Source of the DNA: Nemertoderma westbladi | Lineage: Eukaryota; Animalia; Xenacoelomorpha | Length of the DNA: 64,000 nucleotides | Assembly: GCA_032718475.1 (NCBI GenBank) | Contig: JAUCBJ010008204.1 | Coordinates: forward strand, 37,173-101,172 | Direction: 5' to 3' | Shown: positions 37,489 through 50,115 of the stretch, piece after piece | How positions within the stretch are numbered: the stretch's first letter is position 1 | How the letters are laid out: each line of letters starts with the position of its first letter | The notes under the pieces: model-generated | Told to the model about the DNA's origin: nothing | The model's database searches: none | The model's input: the letters and a program-made list of their open reading frames with translations, nothing else | Translations under genes and position numbers: made by a program

Positions 37489-38583
37489 CTAAAACGTATC
37501 AGCCAGTGATTTAACCGTTAAATGGCTTTTAAATGCCTTTACATTCACTGGATTGGTCGCAATAAATTGAATATTTCGTCGTTTATCAACCAATAAGAAC
37601 GCGTTATCCGAGAACCGTCCTTCAACTGGCCCGCTATCCAACCACACAAACAGGGCGATTCGGTTAGTCTCCACGGCGACATCCAGGGTTCTTGCATCCC
37701 TGGATGTGCTGACACCGGTTATATGGACGCGGCTATCTCTCGGCCAATCGGATCGCTTGAACGACACGGGAAAATACTCGTTTACAGGTGAAACATAGGT
37801 GAGGCCTTTAAAACGAGACACAAAGAAACAATCAGTTGTATTGCGACACGTTGCGTCATTCAATAAAACCGACAAACGTTTAGAAAATATTTTCTTCGAC
37901 CCGCGTTGGTTTAATTTCAATTTTATTAACCAACGACGTTTTGGGGTGAATTCATCCCATGAATAAACGTTTATGATTACCGATCCTTCAACCCCTATGA
38001 CGTCACTTACAATATAACCAACAAGGTAACCGCCCTCTTCGTGCAACGTCACTGTTACTGGGGCGAAGAATTTAACGGCGAAGTAATGGAGGGGCTTCCA
38101 TTTCCCGTTGTATTCCGTCGAGGACCAGCTGGGGGCCGGCCATATATCGTTTAGTTGCCAGTATATCGCGCCGGAAGTAAGGCCCCTGCCATCCGGCAGC
38201 ACTTCCGACTGCATCCGACGGTAGTGTTCCACCTGGTGTTTAACGCAAAGTCCCTGGGTAATCTGAGACAGGTAGACTACAATGTGGAACTGTTCATTAC
38301 CTAGCAACGTATCGGAAAGGATGAAGTTGCTTCGTATTTGTTTGATTATTTGTAAGTTGCCATGGGGATGGTGTTGTCTCCAGGCGACAAAGTTGCTAGA
38401 CCAGTCGCGGTCGCTAAGCGACGATACGTTTTCTAGATAGACAGGCCACGATTGGTAGCCGAACTCAGAAGCCAGTCTGGGCGTGGGGAAACTTCCCAAG
38501 TCCCAGCAGTCTGACGAGTAGTCGTAGTAGTGGATGTCGCCATAGTAACTACTTCCAGGATCTGACGATGTGTAGTTATCAGC
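37489..38583 (-). CDS. MANBA: Beta-mannosidase (GH2), last coding exon
   Basis: Acceptor ttcttag|GCT; ADNYTSSDPGSSYYGDIHYYDY, PRLASEFGYQSWP (nucleophile Glu), GAIYWQLNDIWPAPSWSS.EY.GKWK.LHY, GRFSDNAF. Confidence 0.93.
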   Translation of the reverse strand, partial: ADNYTSSDPGSSYYGDIHYYDYSSDCWDLGSFPTPRLASEFGYQSWPVYLENVSSLSDRDWSSNFVAWRQHHPHGNLQIIKQIRSNFILSDTLLGNEQFHIVVYLSQITQGLCVKHQVEHYRRMQSEVLPDGRGLTSGAIYWQLNDIWPAPSWSSTEYNGKWKPLHYFAVKFFAPVTVTLHEEGGYLVGYIVSDVIGVEGSVIINVYSWDEFTPKRRWLIKLKLNQRGSKKIFSKRLSVLLNDATCRNTTDCFFVSRFKGLTYVSPVNEYFPVSFKRSDWPRDSRVHITGVSTSRDARTLDVAVETNRIALFVWLDSGPVEGRFSDNAFLLVDKRRNIQFIATNPVNVKAFKSHLTVKSLADTF

Positions 38584-39608
38584 CTAAGAAAATAAAGTAA
38601 GCAAATAATTACGTATTGTTGATGATGATGAGATTAAAATATTTTGGTATTTTAATTAAAATCAATAAATCAAGTTAAATATACTGTTAAAATATTGATT
38701 TGCCGGTAACTTTTCGTTTCGGCATGAATGCTTTGAAGGAACAGGCCAGGGCGCATGTTTGCCTTGCATCCTTAGTGGTAGCTAATACTGGAGTTTCCTC
38801 TGGGGAGTAAAGTTATGTGGGGACCGCACTGGAAGTAAGTAGTCAGACTTTGTGCGTAATCCCTGAGTATAGTATAAGTACCCTGAACTTAAATGTTATC
38901 TATAATGTTTCAAATTTACAGTACAATGAATAGGCCTACAGTATTAACACGTTGTCAGTTGTACAGTAATATACGGTAAAGTGATCAGGTGTGACATATC
39001 TTTCCTGTGAAAACCAACGTGATGAAGTTTTGTATCAATTTTCCTAAAAATATTATAACATTAATGCTGCATTTCATAATTAAAACTTCAAAGTAATAGG
39101 CTACATTAATTAATATTTGGCAATATTTATTGTATACAATCGAAGGCAAAGCGATGTCCAGTATTTGATATTATTTATCATAATTTAAAAACTAATACAA
39201 GAGACATTATTTACAATAACTATAATACAGTCATACCAAAGCGCATTTTATGAGTAAATTGTACAATAACGTTAAGAAATCGCCGGTATAAATCTTAAAA
39301 TAAAACTTGCCCCAGTCATCGCCCCCAGTTGACTCGATGGTAGCCTTCTGTATACTGTAGTACCCGGTACGCCTTTACCGGTGTAGCAGGAATATTTGCC
39401 CCTTGTTTAATCTGTCCCCACGGACATAATCTCCTAGGTAATAATTCCCAAGGCATATTTTGTCCTCCCGGACATAATTTCCTTAGTAGAATTTGCCTCC
39501 CATCAGGATAATTATCCTCCCCATTTGCCAGCGCATCACTATCGCGGTTTAGGGTTTGTATCTCAGAAGCCTAAGCCTATTCGTTTATAATCGGTTCTAC
39601 GAATTACC

Positions 39609-40267
39609 GAAATTCTACGTTCTACGAAGGATGGTATGCTTGAGCATGTGGACGACTTCTGTTACCTGGGATCATGGATCCGGAAGTCAGGTGAGGACCT
39701 TCGAATAAGTAAGGGAGAGGCATGGGCAGCCTTGAATAGGCTTTCAAGGATTTGGAAGTCACCTAGAATTAATCGGAAACTTAAGGTCCGATTATTTAGA
39801 GCAGCAGTAGTTCCAGTACTCCTCTACGGGAGTCCATGCTGGGCTCTAACTGCTGAGGACACCAAATCTCTGGATGGCACATTCACAAGAATGCTACGCC
39901 GGGTTCATTGTGTCAAGTACAATGCACACATCTCCAACCAGACACTATATAACATTGGAGGTGTCTCATTGGTTCCCCCAAGCTTGGCACTAGAACAAAA
40001 TCGCCTCCGCTTTGCAGGACATTGCTTTCGCCGTGAGGACCAGCCAGTGCATAATATTGTACTTTGGCAGCCTCATGGAGTGAATAAGCATGGTGGACAG
40101 CCCATGACTTTCTTGAGACGCATCTTAAAGGACACTGGCCTTAAAGATGCGGATGATCTAGCAAATGTCATGGGTGATAGGGAGTTGTGGCGGTGAAATT
40201 TTGTTGACAAGCCGGCACAGCATTCTTAAAAATGCAGCTGCAATGCAGCATGCCGATCCTAGTAGTA
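39609..40267 (+). mobile_element. 5'-truncated RTE-like LINE with 68-bp flanking duplication
   Basis: ORF LEHVDDFCYLGS...KVRLFRAAVVPVLLYGS..W...RLRFAGHCFR; short TAGTAGTA tail; identical 68-bp direct repeats at 39541-39608 and 40268-40335. Confidence 0.88.
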
Positions 40268-41691
40268 ATCGCGGTTTAGGGTTTGTATCTCAGAAGCCTA
40301 AGCCTATTCGTTTATAATCGGTTCTACGAATTACCAAAAAACACAAAATTACCAGAAATATAAAAAAATTAAACAAAAATTTACCCCCAAAAACACAATA
40401 AAACACAATATTTTATCATAACAATTTACCCAAAAAGGCAAAAATAATTTATATCCGATAAAAAGGTATATCTTATACTGTACAGTAGTTCCTCTGTATT
40501 TCGATAGTGCTGCAGTATGTTTTTGTTGTATTATGAATAATACAATAGGTTTGATATTGAATACAGTAATTTTTATATGGTCGGTCAGCCGCAGCCGGTT
40601 GCAAAAAATATAAAATAACACTGTACTGTAACCTATGTTCTTGAGTTGTCTCTTATTGTTTTGGTTACAAAAAACCCACCTATGTAACCTGCTCGCTTTT
40701 CAATGTACAGTATTTGTTAGAAAACAACGCCTCTGTAACCTGCTAATTTCCTTTAAAATACGGAACGAAATGGAAATCAAGTTTTGTTGAGTGTATTTTG
40801 TTAGAAAACACCGCCTCGTTAACCTACTCCTCTCCTTTAAGTTACTGTACGAAATGGAAATCTAGTTTTGTTATTCATTTTCTCGTTTATGTTTTGGTTA
40901 GAATTATGGTTTAATTGTTTACCGGTTGGCCTTCAAACAGTACAACCTGACATACTGTAATATCCTGGGGGCATAATCTCCTAATAGGGGGCATAATTTC
41001 CTCGGATAATATGACTGTCGGGGGGGGGGGGGGGGGGGGGGGGGGGGCATATGCTATAGTGACGTTCCAGTTCGCCCAGGTGCCACCGCCAATGTTACTA
41101 CAGTATGCAGCGTTATCTCGACTGATTGCGGTCACCTACAACCCCCCCCCCCCCCCTCCCCTCCTCCTTATTTTTAACTACAGTACATTACTGTACTATT
41201 CTTATATAGAATCGTATAATACGGTAATAAACTTATGTTCCTTAACTTTACCTACAGTATTACTGTATTTGTCCTATTGAGCATTGTAAACTGTATGTTG
41301 ATGAAGTCCTTGCGCATTTTAATTATTTTTATTTGAAACTAAGTATGCTTAGCCGGTTATTTTAATATTATTTTTTAAAATTTAATTTTAACGTAATTCT
41401 AATTTTTACTTAATAATTAATATGCACCAACTGTATACTGTATGTAAGTACTGTAAATAGTAAATAATCTACCATTTTAATTATTTTATTAATTCTACGG
41501 TACTCAGTCATTGTGTATTTTTATAATAACAGTACATTCATGCTTATTAGCCTACTTTGCCAGATATGTTAATTATGTCTTTAAAATATGTGCAAAATTT
41601 CATATTTTATTGTTATTATGGCGATATTAATAACATAACATAACAAACAGTACTGCACCGGTACTGCCAGACTATTCTAGTCTGTGTGATA

Positions 41692-42511
41692 CGGTGGCCC
41701 ATAGTGGCCACTCTTTACTTACATAAAATATATGTAGGATGCGCGCTCGCGGTGGGTTTTATGTGTGCGCACGTTATTATGAATATACAGTATGTGTGCG
41801 GTGTGCATGCGGTTATGTTGGCGAGCGTGCGGTATTTCATTTGATGTGTGCGCGCGCGGTACTTTATGTGTGTGCGTGCGCATTACAGTAACTGAAATAT
41901 TAGCGCCATTTCGCCTCCTCAGACCTAAGTCATTTAAACGGCGCCGGAGTGATCTGTAGCTTATATTGATATTGTGTCGTAAACCAAGCTGGCGAACAAT
42001 TTCAAAGTAGGCTAATGCCGTCTATAAAATACAATTTGATTTGTTGGTTTAAATTAGCCATTTAATAACTACTGTATTGTATGCAACTAAATTGATTAGC
42101 AGCAATTGTATACAATACAATTCTTTACATTGAAGTACAGTACAATGACGAATTGACATGGCCTTATAGAGGCAATGGCTATTATACACAAATTAACACG
42201 AGGATGGTTGCTAAGTAACAAGTATTCAAGCGCACATTAAATTTAATATTTTTGGAAACTAAAAAATAACCGCACACACACACATAAAATACCGCGCGCG
42301 CGCACATAAAATACTGTGCGCGCGCACACCAAATACCGCACGCACACACATAATACCGCGCGCGCGCACACATGAAATACCGCACTGGCTAAGAGGCTAA
42401 GACTGGCTCGCATAACATAACCGCACGCGCACACATATAATGAAAATACCGCGCGCGCGCGCATCCTGCAAATATTTTGTGTAAGTAAGGAGTGGCCACT
42501 ATGGGCCACCG
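41692..42511. mobile_element. TA-flanked MITE with long imperfect inverted arms
   Basis: TA|CGGTGGCCCATAGTGGCCACTC...GAGTGGCCACTATGGGCCACCG|TA; arms rich in (GT)/(GC) repeats. Confidence 0.82.
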
Positions 42512-43808
42512 TAGTGTGACTACAACTGTAACTGTGTACTGGCTGACTGGACTTGGACTATACTGTAGCTCTGCCTGCCTCTGCGATTGGATATATTTTT
42601 TCTTGTAGGCCTAGAGAAACTGTACCGGTAGTACATAACCTCTCAATAATTATAATAGAAAGCTGATCGCCAGTTGATTTAACTAGTGACGGGCATTAGC
42701 GGCCCGATAAGGAACTGAGTTTTTCTTTCAAACAAAAGAGACAACGAGAAATAGTATAGAACTAATAATTATGTAAAAATACAATCATATTTCATACAAT
42801 AATTATTAATAAATTCTATCTATTATTAGTTGCTCAATTCTAGAACAAAATCGACCTGCAAATAGTGAAGACCTCGTTTTGGCATTTCGAAACCACGCTG
42901 GTGCGATGCGCGATATCGTGTTTAGTTAATAAATTGAAAACTCCATCAATTCATGTGCACCCAGTAATAAGAAATCGCGATAAATGTAATTAAATACAAA
43001 ATATTCTAGAAAAAGTTTCCTCAAAAAGTATGAGGTCTTTGGCATTGGCTAGTGAGATTCAGGATATTGCGTTTAATATAAAAATCGAAAACGCTATCGA
43101 GTTCCGTAAAGGCGTTAATAAAATACTGCAACTTTTTTTGAAATTGGTAAAATTCTAGAAATAGAAAAAATTAATTTTTGAACGGCGATGTTTGGTGTTT
43201 CGAAACATGGATAGGCTGAAAGAGGACATCGAATTAAGTTGAAAAATAAAAACCCCATCGAATTTGGACCAAGCGTTCCGGAGTTAGCGGATCGAAAAAA
43301 ATTTACCCCCACCCCCCCAGTCGCCAAAAATTTAGGGTAATTTAAAATATTGAAAAAAAAATGTTGCGTTATTTTTGATGGCGAATCGATTGGCAGTACT
43401 GGCTACGAAAAAAAGTTTTTTTGAAATTTTTGGTCTGAAAAAAAACATGGAAAAAGTATATTTTTAAAAAGATTTGATGTATTTGCCTATGGTCAGGGAG
43501 TGATCCCACTCTGTAACTTGGCAATCGCTCAAATCCATTCAGCTGAATGGCACAGTAGAGTAAACTAAAGTAAATTCCCTCTACAATGTTCTGAAGGGGA
43601 GACTGACAGAGAGTAATCCGTCTCCATAGTATTAATAGACAGATAGATGAGAGAGTACAGTGCAATAGTAGGCCTACTCTGTAACTAACAGCCATTCATT
43701 CAGCTTGCACGAAATGTCAATCACCTATAAAACATTTTGAATGCCATTCAGTCAGCCTAACAGTCATTCAGCTTACATTAGCAGAGTGAGAAATTGTAGA
43801 TATTCCCA

Positions 43809-44177
43809 TAATAATAATAATAATAATAATAAACTATTATTTATATAGCGCCCAACTCTATAAATAGATTCTAAGGCGCTCATGACCCATTTAGATATTA
43901 AACGCTGTATTGTAGATGTTTTTAAACCGACTATAGAGTGTTTTATTTGAGTAGCAGTTATTAGGTTAAGTGGGAGGCTAGAAACCATTGGCGCGGCGTA
44001 ACTGAAAGATCTCGCCCCAAAGCTTGATAGTTTGAAGGCAGGGACCTTCAGGGTCCGCAGATACTCTGTTCTCGTACAGTTGTAGTTGGCCTCTAACATT
44101 TCGAGTATATATGTCAGAGCGAGACCGTTTAAAGCTTTCCACGCTAAAAGCGCGATTTTATAGTCTATCCTGTACAC
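43809..44177 (-). mobile_element. L2-type LINE 3' end with (ATT)n tail
   Basis: RIDYKIALLAWKALNGL..YI...GARSFSYAAP..SLP followed by a trinucleotide tail. Confidence 0.78.
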
Positions 44178-44247
44178 TACTTGTACTTAACTCTACTTGT
44201 AGTACTACTGTACAGTACTAGGCTCAGACTGATAGATAGACTGCTTA

Positions 44248-45561
44248 CAAGTCCCTAAAAGGTGCCACCCTGCTCCATAGCGCGGGAAATTCAAATGATT
44301 GAAAGACATGTTATTTGTACTGGAAAGGGTGGCAGATCAGATCTGCCACCTATATATTGGCGGTAAATTCAAATCTGTTTTAACATTGAATACATGAATA
44401 GAGTAAGACCAATCTGCCAATGTCAGAATGTAATTCATTGAATCAGAATAAATTATTTATTATCGGTTTAACTCACTCATCCGTTAATGTTGTTGATTTA
44501 TCTATTCTGGGACTTCGAGCAGCACGTGAACAATTAAACCAGCACGCTAACTACCGCTAGTCTGGGGCTTCGAGCACCACGTGAACAACTAAACTGGCTG
44601 GTTACCTAGTCTGGGACTTCGAGCAGCACGTGAACATTTAAACCAGCACGCTAACTATAGGTTGTCTGGGGCTTCGAGCACCACGTGAACAACTAAACCA
44701 GCACGTTAACTAGTCTAGGACTTCGAGCAGCACGTGAAAAACTAAGCTGGCTGGTTAACTAGTCTGGGATTTCGAGCAGCACGTGTACAACTAAGCTGCC
44801 TGGTTAACAAGTCTGGGACTTCGAGCAGCACCTAAACAACTAAGCTGACTGGTTAACTATTTTTATAGTCTGGTACATGTCTGGAACAGATATAGCAGTA
44901 TAGGCAGAAGCATTATACACCTATTGTTATTACAGTAGGCTTACCTGCGATATATTTTACTATCAGTTCCCTGCTATATTGTTATAATTATAATGTTCTG
45001 ATGTAATTATAACTGATACAAGCAAATAATATATGTTCTTAACATTTTACTGATAGAAGTTAAGCTAAACTACTAATCTACTTTAGTTGGTCAGGTGCTG
45101 CTCGAAGTCCCAGACTAGTTAACCAATCAGCTTAGTTATTCACGTGCTGCTCGAAGTCCCAGGCTAGTGAACCAATCAGATTAGTTGTTCACGTGCTGCC
45201 CGAAGTCCCAGACTAGTTAACCGGTCATCTTAGTTGTTCACGTGCTGCTCGAAGCCCCAGATTATTTAACCAGTCAGCTTAGTTGTTTACGTGCTGCTCG
45301 AAGCCCCAGAATAGATAAAACAACAACAATAACTGATGAGTGAGTTAAACCGATATGAAACAAGTTATTCTGATTCAATGAATTACATTTTATTATTTAG
45401 TCTTACCCTATTGATGTATTCAATGTTAAAACAGATTTTAATTTACCGCCAAAATGTAGGTGGCAGATCTAATCTTCCACCCTTTTCAGTACAAATTACA
45501 TGTCTTTCAATCATTTGAATTTCCCGCGCTATGGAGCATGGTGGCACCTTTTAGCGACTTG
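44248..45561. mobile_element. Foldback-like element with internal ~49-bp tandem arrays
   Basis: ~260-bp outer inverted arms (CAAGTCCCTAAAAGGTGCCACC / GGTGGCACCTTTTAGCGACTTG), then ~7 forward and ~5 reverse copies of CTGGGACTTCGAGCAGCACGTGAACAACTAAG... Confidence 0.85.
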
Positions 45562-46584
45562 TGTCATTGTATCCCTTAGACCAGTAGACGCAGGATTCCT
45601 CCGGATACCGTGCACGGCTGTAAGGTGTACCGGTACGTCAGTACGTATGCACATCGGCTGATAGACAATCTGACAATCTGTTACCGGTAGGCTTACAGGC
45701 TTCTGGCAGTCTGGGCTTAGGCTTACCAGCGATACTCCATGTATGACATGACGAGGTAAAGTAGGCCTACAGCTGTACAGAAGTAGCCTACAGACAAACA
45801 GAACTGCAGAAGAAGGCCTATGCCTAATTCTGTAATTACTGAATTACCGTACCGGCTAACTGGCTGACCGGTACTGAACTAACGGTATTCCATTTTCAAA
45901 TAGAGTTCTACAGTACTACCGGCTGAGCGGTCACCGGTACACTACTCTACTGTACAGTAAACATGCAGACATGCGCAATGCACAGCAGCACAGGTAGGCC
46001 TATCAGCATATATCATTCCAACTCCAATACTTTACTATTACTACTCCACTCCTGCACTCCACTCCATCCATACTCAGAACTCAGGTACCGTACCTGTAGT
46101 GCTGTAGTCAGGCTGTCAGGCAGTCAGGCTGAAAACTGGAAATATCCACCACCACTACCAGACTACCTACTGCATAGGACCTACTGCTGTACTGACCTAT
46201 CCCTGTATCCTACTGTCCAAGCTGCCTAGCCTAGGCCTAAAACCAAATTATTTTACGTTTATCTATCGCAATCGCAAACAACTGCAAATAACATCATCAT
46301 ACCTGCATTCTGCATACAGGCTGACTGGTACCGGTACCTTCTGAACTGACCCAGAACTGATACAGATAACTACATCACGATCACACCATCGTACTAAACT
46401 GCAGAACTGAAACTCAACATATAACTGTATACCGGAACAGGAATACGACTACAACAACTAACACCAATACCAATACAAACTTTATTGACAATATTGTCAC
46501 GTCCATCACATAACATTAAACAACCAAGCAGCAAAGCAGCATATCTCTGTATTAACAAAGTCGGCGAGGCAGTTTAAATACAAG

Positions 46585-48231
46585 ATGGGTAGCGAACCAA
46601 GACCTCGACAAGGGATGGGCGATTTAGTCGATATCCCCCCCTTCAGTAGAGTTTTTGTTAACTGTTCCCGTGAATGCAAGGAGGAACAAATTCGCGCGGC
46701 TTTCTCTCCATGTGGGAACATCATGGACATATGGACCCCCAAAGACAAGGTGACAAAGGAACCTAAAGGAATAGTTTATGTCAAATATGAAAAAGCCTCT
46801 CAGGCTGCGAAGGCCGTTGAAGAACTTAATGGTAAAAATATAGAAGGCTCATCGAAACCACTAAAAGTTGTAATAGCTCAAAGTAAATCTTCTAAATCAA
46901 AAGAGCAGTTCAATGAAGCAGAAAGAATGACCAGGCTGTTTATAATGATACCCAGAGATTTGTCGGAAAGTGATTTAGAGAAATCATTTTCCCAATTTGG
47001 GCAAGTGGAGAGTATTCAGATAGTAAAGGACAGGGCTACACAGAAAAGCAAAGGTTTTGGGTTCGTGAAATTCGACAAGGCATCTGAAGCTGCCGTGGCA
47101 ATGGAAGAATGCCATATGTCGTTTAAGGCGCGGTTCGCTGAGCCTAAAGGAACCAAAGTTGTTGGGAAGGACGTTCCAGACGTGCCTAGACCATTCTTCG
47201 ATGGAGGGTTCAGTCAACAACGGATGATCCCCCAAGACCAGCCAATAATGCAGAACCAAACCCTATACGTTGTGTGCAGCAACCACTCAACTCAGGATCA
47301 ACTGACACGTTTATTCGATTTGGTACCGGGATTCGTATCCCTGGTTCTACGAAGTAAATCCGATGGCGACGGAAAGACGAGATCCTTCGCTTACGTCCAG
47401 TACGATAACTACGCGGCAGCGATCTACGCCAAAGAGAAACTCAATATGTTCGAGTTTCCAACCGGTTCTAAATTAATCGTTAGATTTGCCGAGAACGTTA
47501 ACAATTGGGCAGCCAACACCATGCAATCACCTAGCAACCAGTACGATGCAGCAGCCTACGGTAATCCGGCTGGTTACTCCCAGGGGCAAAAGCGTATGGG
47601 GGAGCAACCAGTTAGCAGCGGGGGGTTTGGTGGAGGGTTTCAGCAGAGCTACCCGCCTGCTGACCCTTCGACCTCAGCAATGCAGGCAGAGTTGAGCAGT
47701 CTAAGAGATCAAGTCTCTCAGTTAGTTAACACTTTGAGTGTTAATAGTAGCAACTCTGTTGGCAGTGGCAATAATAGCCAGTGGGGTGCTGCTAGTCAGC
47801 CGTCGTACTCGCAGGAGCAGTACAGTGGCTCTGGTAGCGGATGGCAAGGCCCTTACAGAGGCGCAGACGACTCCCCTATGCTATACGGTATGGATTTGGG
47901 TCCACGACAGAAATTGGCTCTACTTTCGTCGGAATCCGAAGAACGTCTGTTCGTTTCCTTCCATCCCGCCGCGCCGGCTCAATCGGTTCTCGAAGATATC
48001 TTCTGTCGTTTCGGTAACCTCATTGCGGTTAGTATAATGAGAGGAAAGAATTGCGGCTACATTCAGTTTGCTTCAAAGGAGTCGGCAGTTAATGCTGTGG
48101 GTATGTTAAACGGGAAAAACCTTTGTGGTGTTCAGTATAAAGTTATTGTAGCGGATCCGCCTTCCGCAGGTAGAAAGAGGATGCGAGTTGATGGTGAAGA
48201 TAACGGAATGGAAAACCACTCCTACAGATAA
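46585..48231 (+). CDS. RBM45: RNA-binding protein 45 paralog A (4 RRMs), intronless, nested antisense in a MANBA intron
   Basis: PPFSRVFV, KGIVYVKYEKASQA, KVVIAQS, TRLFIMIP, RLFDLVPG, YAKEKLNMFEFPTG, HOA-like ELSSLRDQVSQLVNTL, ERLFV...LEDIFCRFGNLI. Confidence 0.92.
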   Translation: MGSEPRPRQGMGDLVDIPPFSRVFVNCSRECKEEQIRAAFSPCGNIMDIWTPKDKVTKEPKGIVYVKYEKASQAAKAVEELNGKNIEGSSKPLKVVIAQSKSSKSKEQFNEAERMTRLFIMIPRDLSESDLEKSFSQFGQVESIQIVKDRATQKSKGFGFVKFDKASEAAVAMEECHMSFKARFAEPKGTKVVGKDVPDVPRPFFDGGFSQQRMIPQDQPIMQNQTLYVVCSNHSTQDQLTRLFDLVPGFVSLVLRSKSDGDGKTRSFAYVQYDNYAAAIYAKEKLNMFEFPTGSKLIVRFAENVNNWAANTMQSPSNQYDAAAYGNPAGYSQGQKRMGEQPVSSGGFGGGFQQSYPPADPSTSAMQAELSSLRDQVSQLVNTLSVNSSNSVGSGNNSQWGAASQPSYSQEQYSGSGSGWQGPYRGADDSPMLYGMDLGPRQKLALLSSESEERLFVSFHPAAPAQSVLEDIFCRFGNLIAVSIMRGKNCGYIQFASKESAVNAVGMLNGKNLCGVQYKVIVADPPSAGRKRMRVDGEDNGMENHSYR

Positions 48232-49047
48232 ACTGTCAATATGTAACATTTATTGCTACATAACATACCGGTACTTGAGAGATAGGAACATTCACTGAAC
48301 TCCACACCCCAATACTCACTCAAACCATGTTATATTATTAATCGTTATTGTTTAACCATACAGCAGCTATACACATACACAATATGTGGATGAGAATTTA
48401 TTATATGTTTTGTCTTGTCGAAACTGATCGATTCTCACAATTCAAACTTAGGACTATTTGATGTATTGTAATTGTGTTTCTATTTTCTTTATGTTACTAA
48501 TTACTGTTGGTAATTACTTTTTACTTAATTAAGTTACTGATCAATCCACTTATTACTTGAACAGTTTTGAAAATGAATTACGTGAATAACCTTCAAATGA
48601 GCTCAAATCATTGAACGTTTTACCAGCACTAATATATACTACTAAATAGCCACTACAAAATATTTTATTGTACTTGGGATAAAAACTGATCTCCAAATTT
48701 CACTTCCGAGCTTTCTATTTCCAGTGGGACTTGGCGCAATTAAAAACAATTACTGCTGATTGCGAGCATACCTCATACCCAACCCATATACTCATACCTC
48801 AGACTGTAACAATTATCTATCGTTTATTGTTTTGTTAGAATAATATGTCATTGTAACCTGTTCCTTTCCGTTAATTGATATGTTTATAATTATTTACATA
48901 ATTAACTCACAGAGACGATATATTAATTCATCGAGGATGGATTAGCCTCAACATGTCAGTTCCAAACTAACTTTACCAACGAGAACCATTTTTTCCACCA
49001 TTCTGAAGTATACCAACTGAGAACCACGTTTAGTTCCGAACTGAACT

Positions 49048-50115
49048 GTCAACTGAGCTCCCACTTTCAGTACCGATTTATACCAACTGAGCTCCCCCTT
49101 TCAGTACCGATTTATACCAACTGAGCTCCCCCTTTCAGTACTGATTTATACCAACTGAGCTCCCCCTTTCAGTACTGATTTATACCAACTGAGCTCCCCC
49201 TTTCAGTACTGATTTATACCAACTGAGCTCCCCCTTTCAGTACCGATTTATACCAACTGAGCTCCCCCTTTCAGTACCGATTTATACCAACTGAGCTCCC
49301 CCTTTCAGTACCGATTTATACCAACTGAGCTCCCCCTTTCAGTACTGATTTATACCAACTGAGCTCCCCCTTTCAGTACCGATTTATACCAACTGAGCTC
49401 CCCCTTTCAGTACCGATTTATACCAACTGAGCTCCCCCTTTCAGTACTGATTTATACCAACTGAGCTCCCCCTTTCAGTACTGATTTATACCAACTGAGC
49501 TCCCCCTTTCAGTACTGATTTATACCAACTGAGCTCCCCCTTTCAGTACCGATTTATACCAACTGAGCTCCCCCTTTCAGTACCGATTTATACCAACTGA
49601 GCTCCCCCTTTCAGTACTGATTTATACCAACTGAGCTCCCCCTTTCAGTACCGATTTATACCAACTGAGCTCCCCCTTTCAGTACCGATTTATACCAACT
49701 GAGCTCCCCCTTTCAGTACTGATTTATACCAACTGAGCTCCCCCTTTCAGTACTGATTTATACCAACTGAGCTCCCCCTTTCAGTACCGATTTATAACAA
49801 CTAAGCTCCCCCTTTCATTACCGATTTATACCAACTGAGCTCCCCCTTTCAGTACCGATTTATACCAACTGAGCTCCCCCTTTCAGTACCGATTTATAAC
49901 AACTAAGCTCCCCCTTTCATTACCGATTTATACCAACTGAGCTCCCCCTTTCAGTACCGATTTATACCAACTGATCTCCCCCTTTCAGTACCGATTTATA
50001 CCAACTGAGCTCCCCCTTTCAGTACCGATTTATAACAACTGAGCTCCCCCTTTCATTACCGATTTATACCAACTGAGCTCCCCCTTTCAGTACCGATTTA
50101 TACCAACTGAGCTCC
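49048..50115. repeat. 34-bp satellite, ~31 copies, followed by a 120-bp-period duplication to ~50311
   Basis: (CCAACTGAGCTCCCCCTTTCAGTACYGATTTATA)n; each unit contains the inverted pair ACTGA...TCAGT. Confidence 0.97.

Noticed and set aside
44505-45310. Repeat-spacer-like array
   Set aside because: The spacers are variants of each other, and the array is mirrored within a foldback element.
45333-45375. CTGATGA...GAAA hammerhead-like spacing
   Set aside because: No convincing stems, and the mirror arm of the element lacks the motif.
49048-50115. CRISPR-like 34-bp repeat with internal palindrome
   Set aside because: No unique spacers, no cas genes, eukaryotic context.
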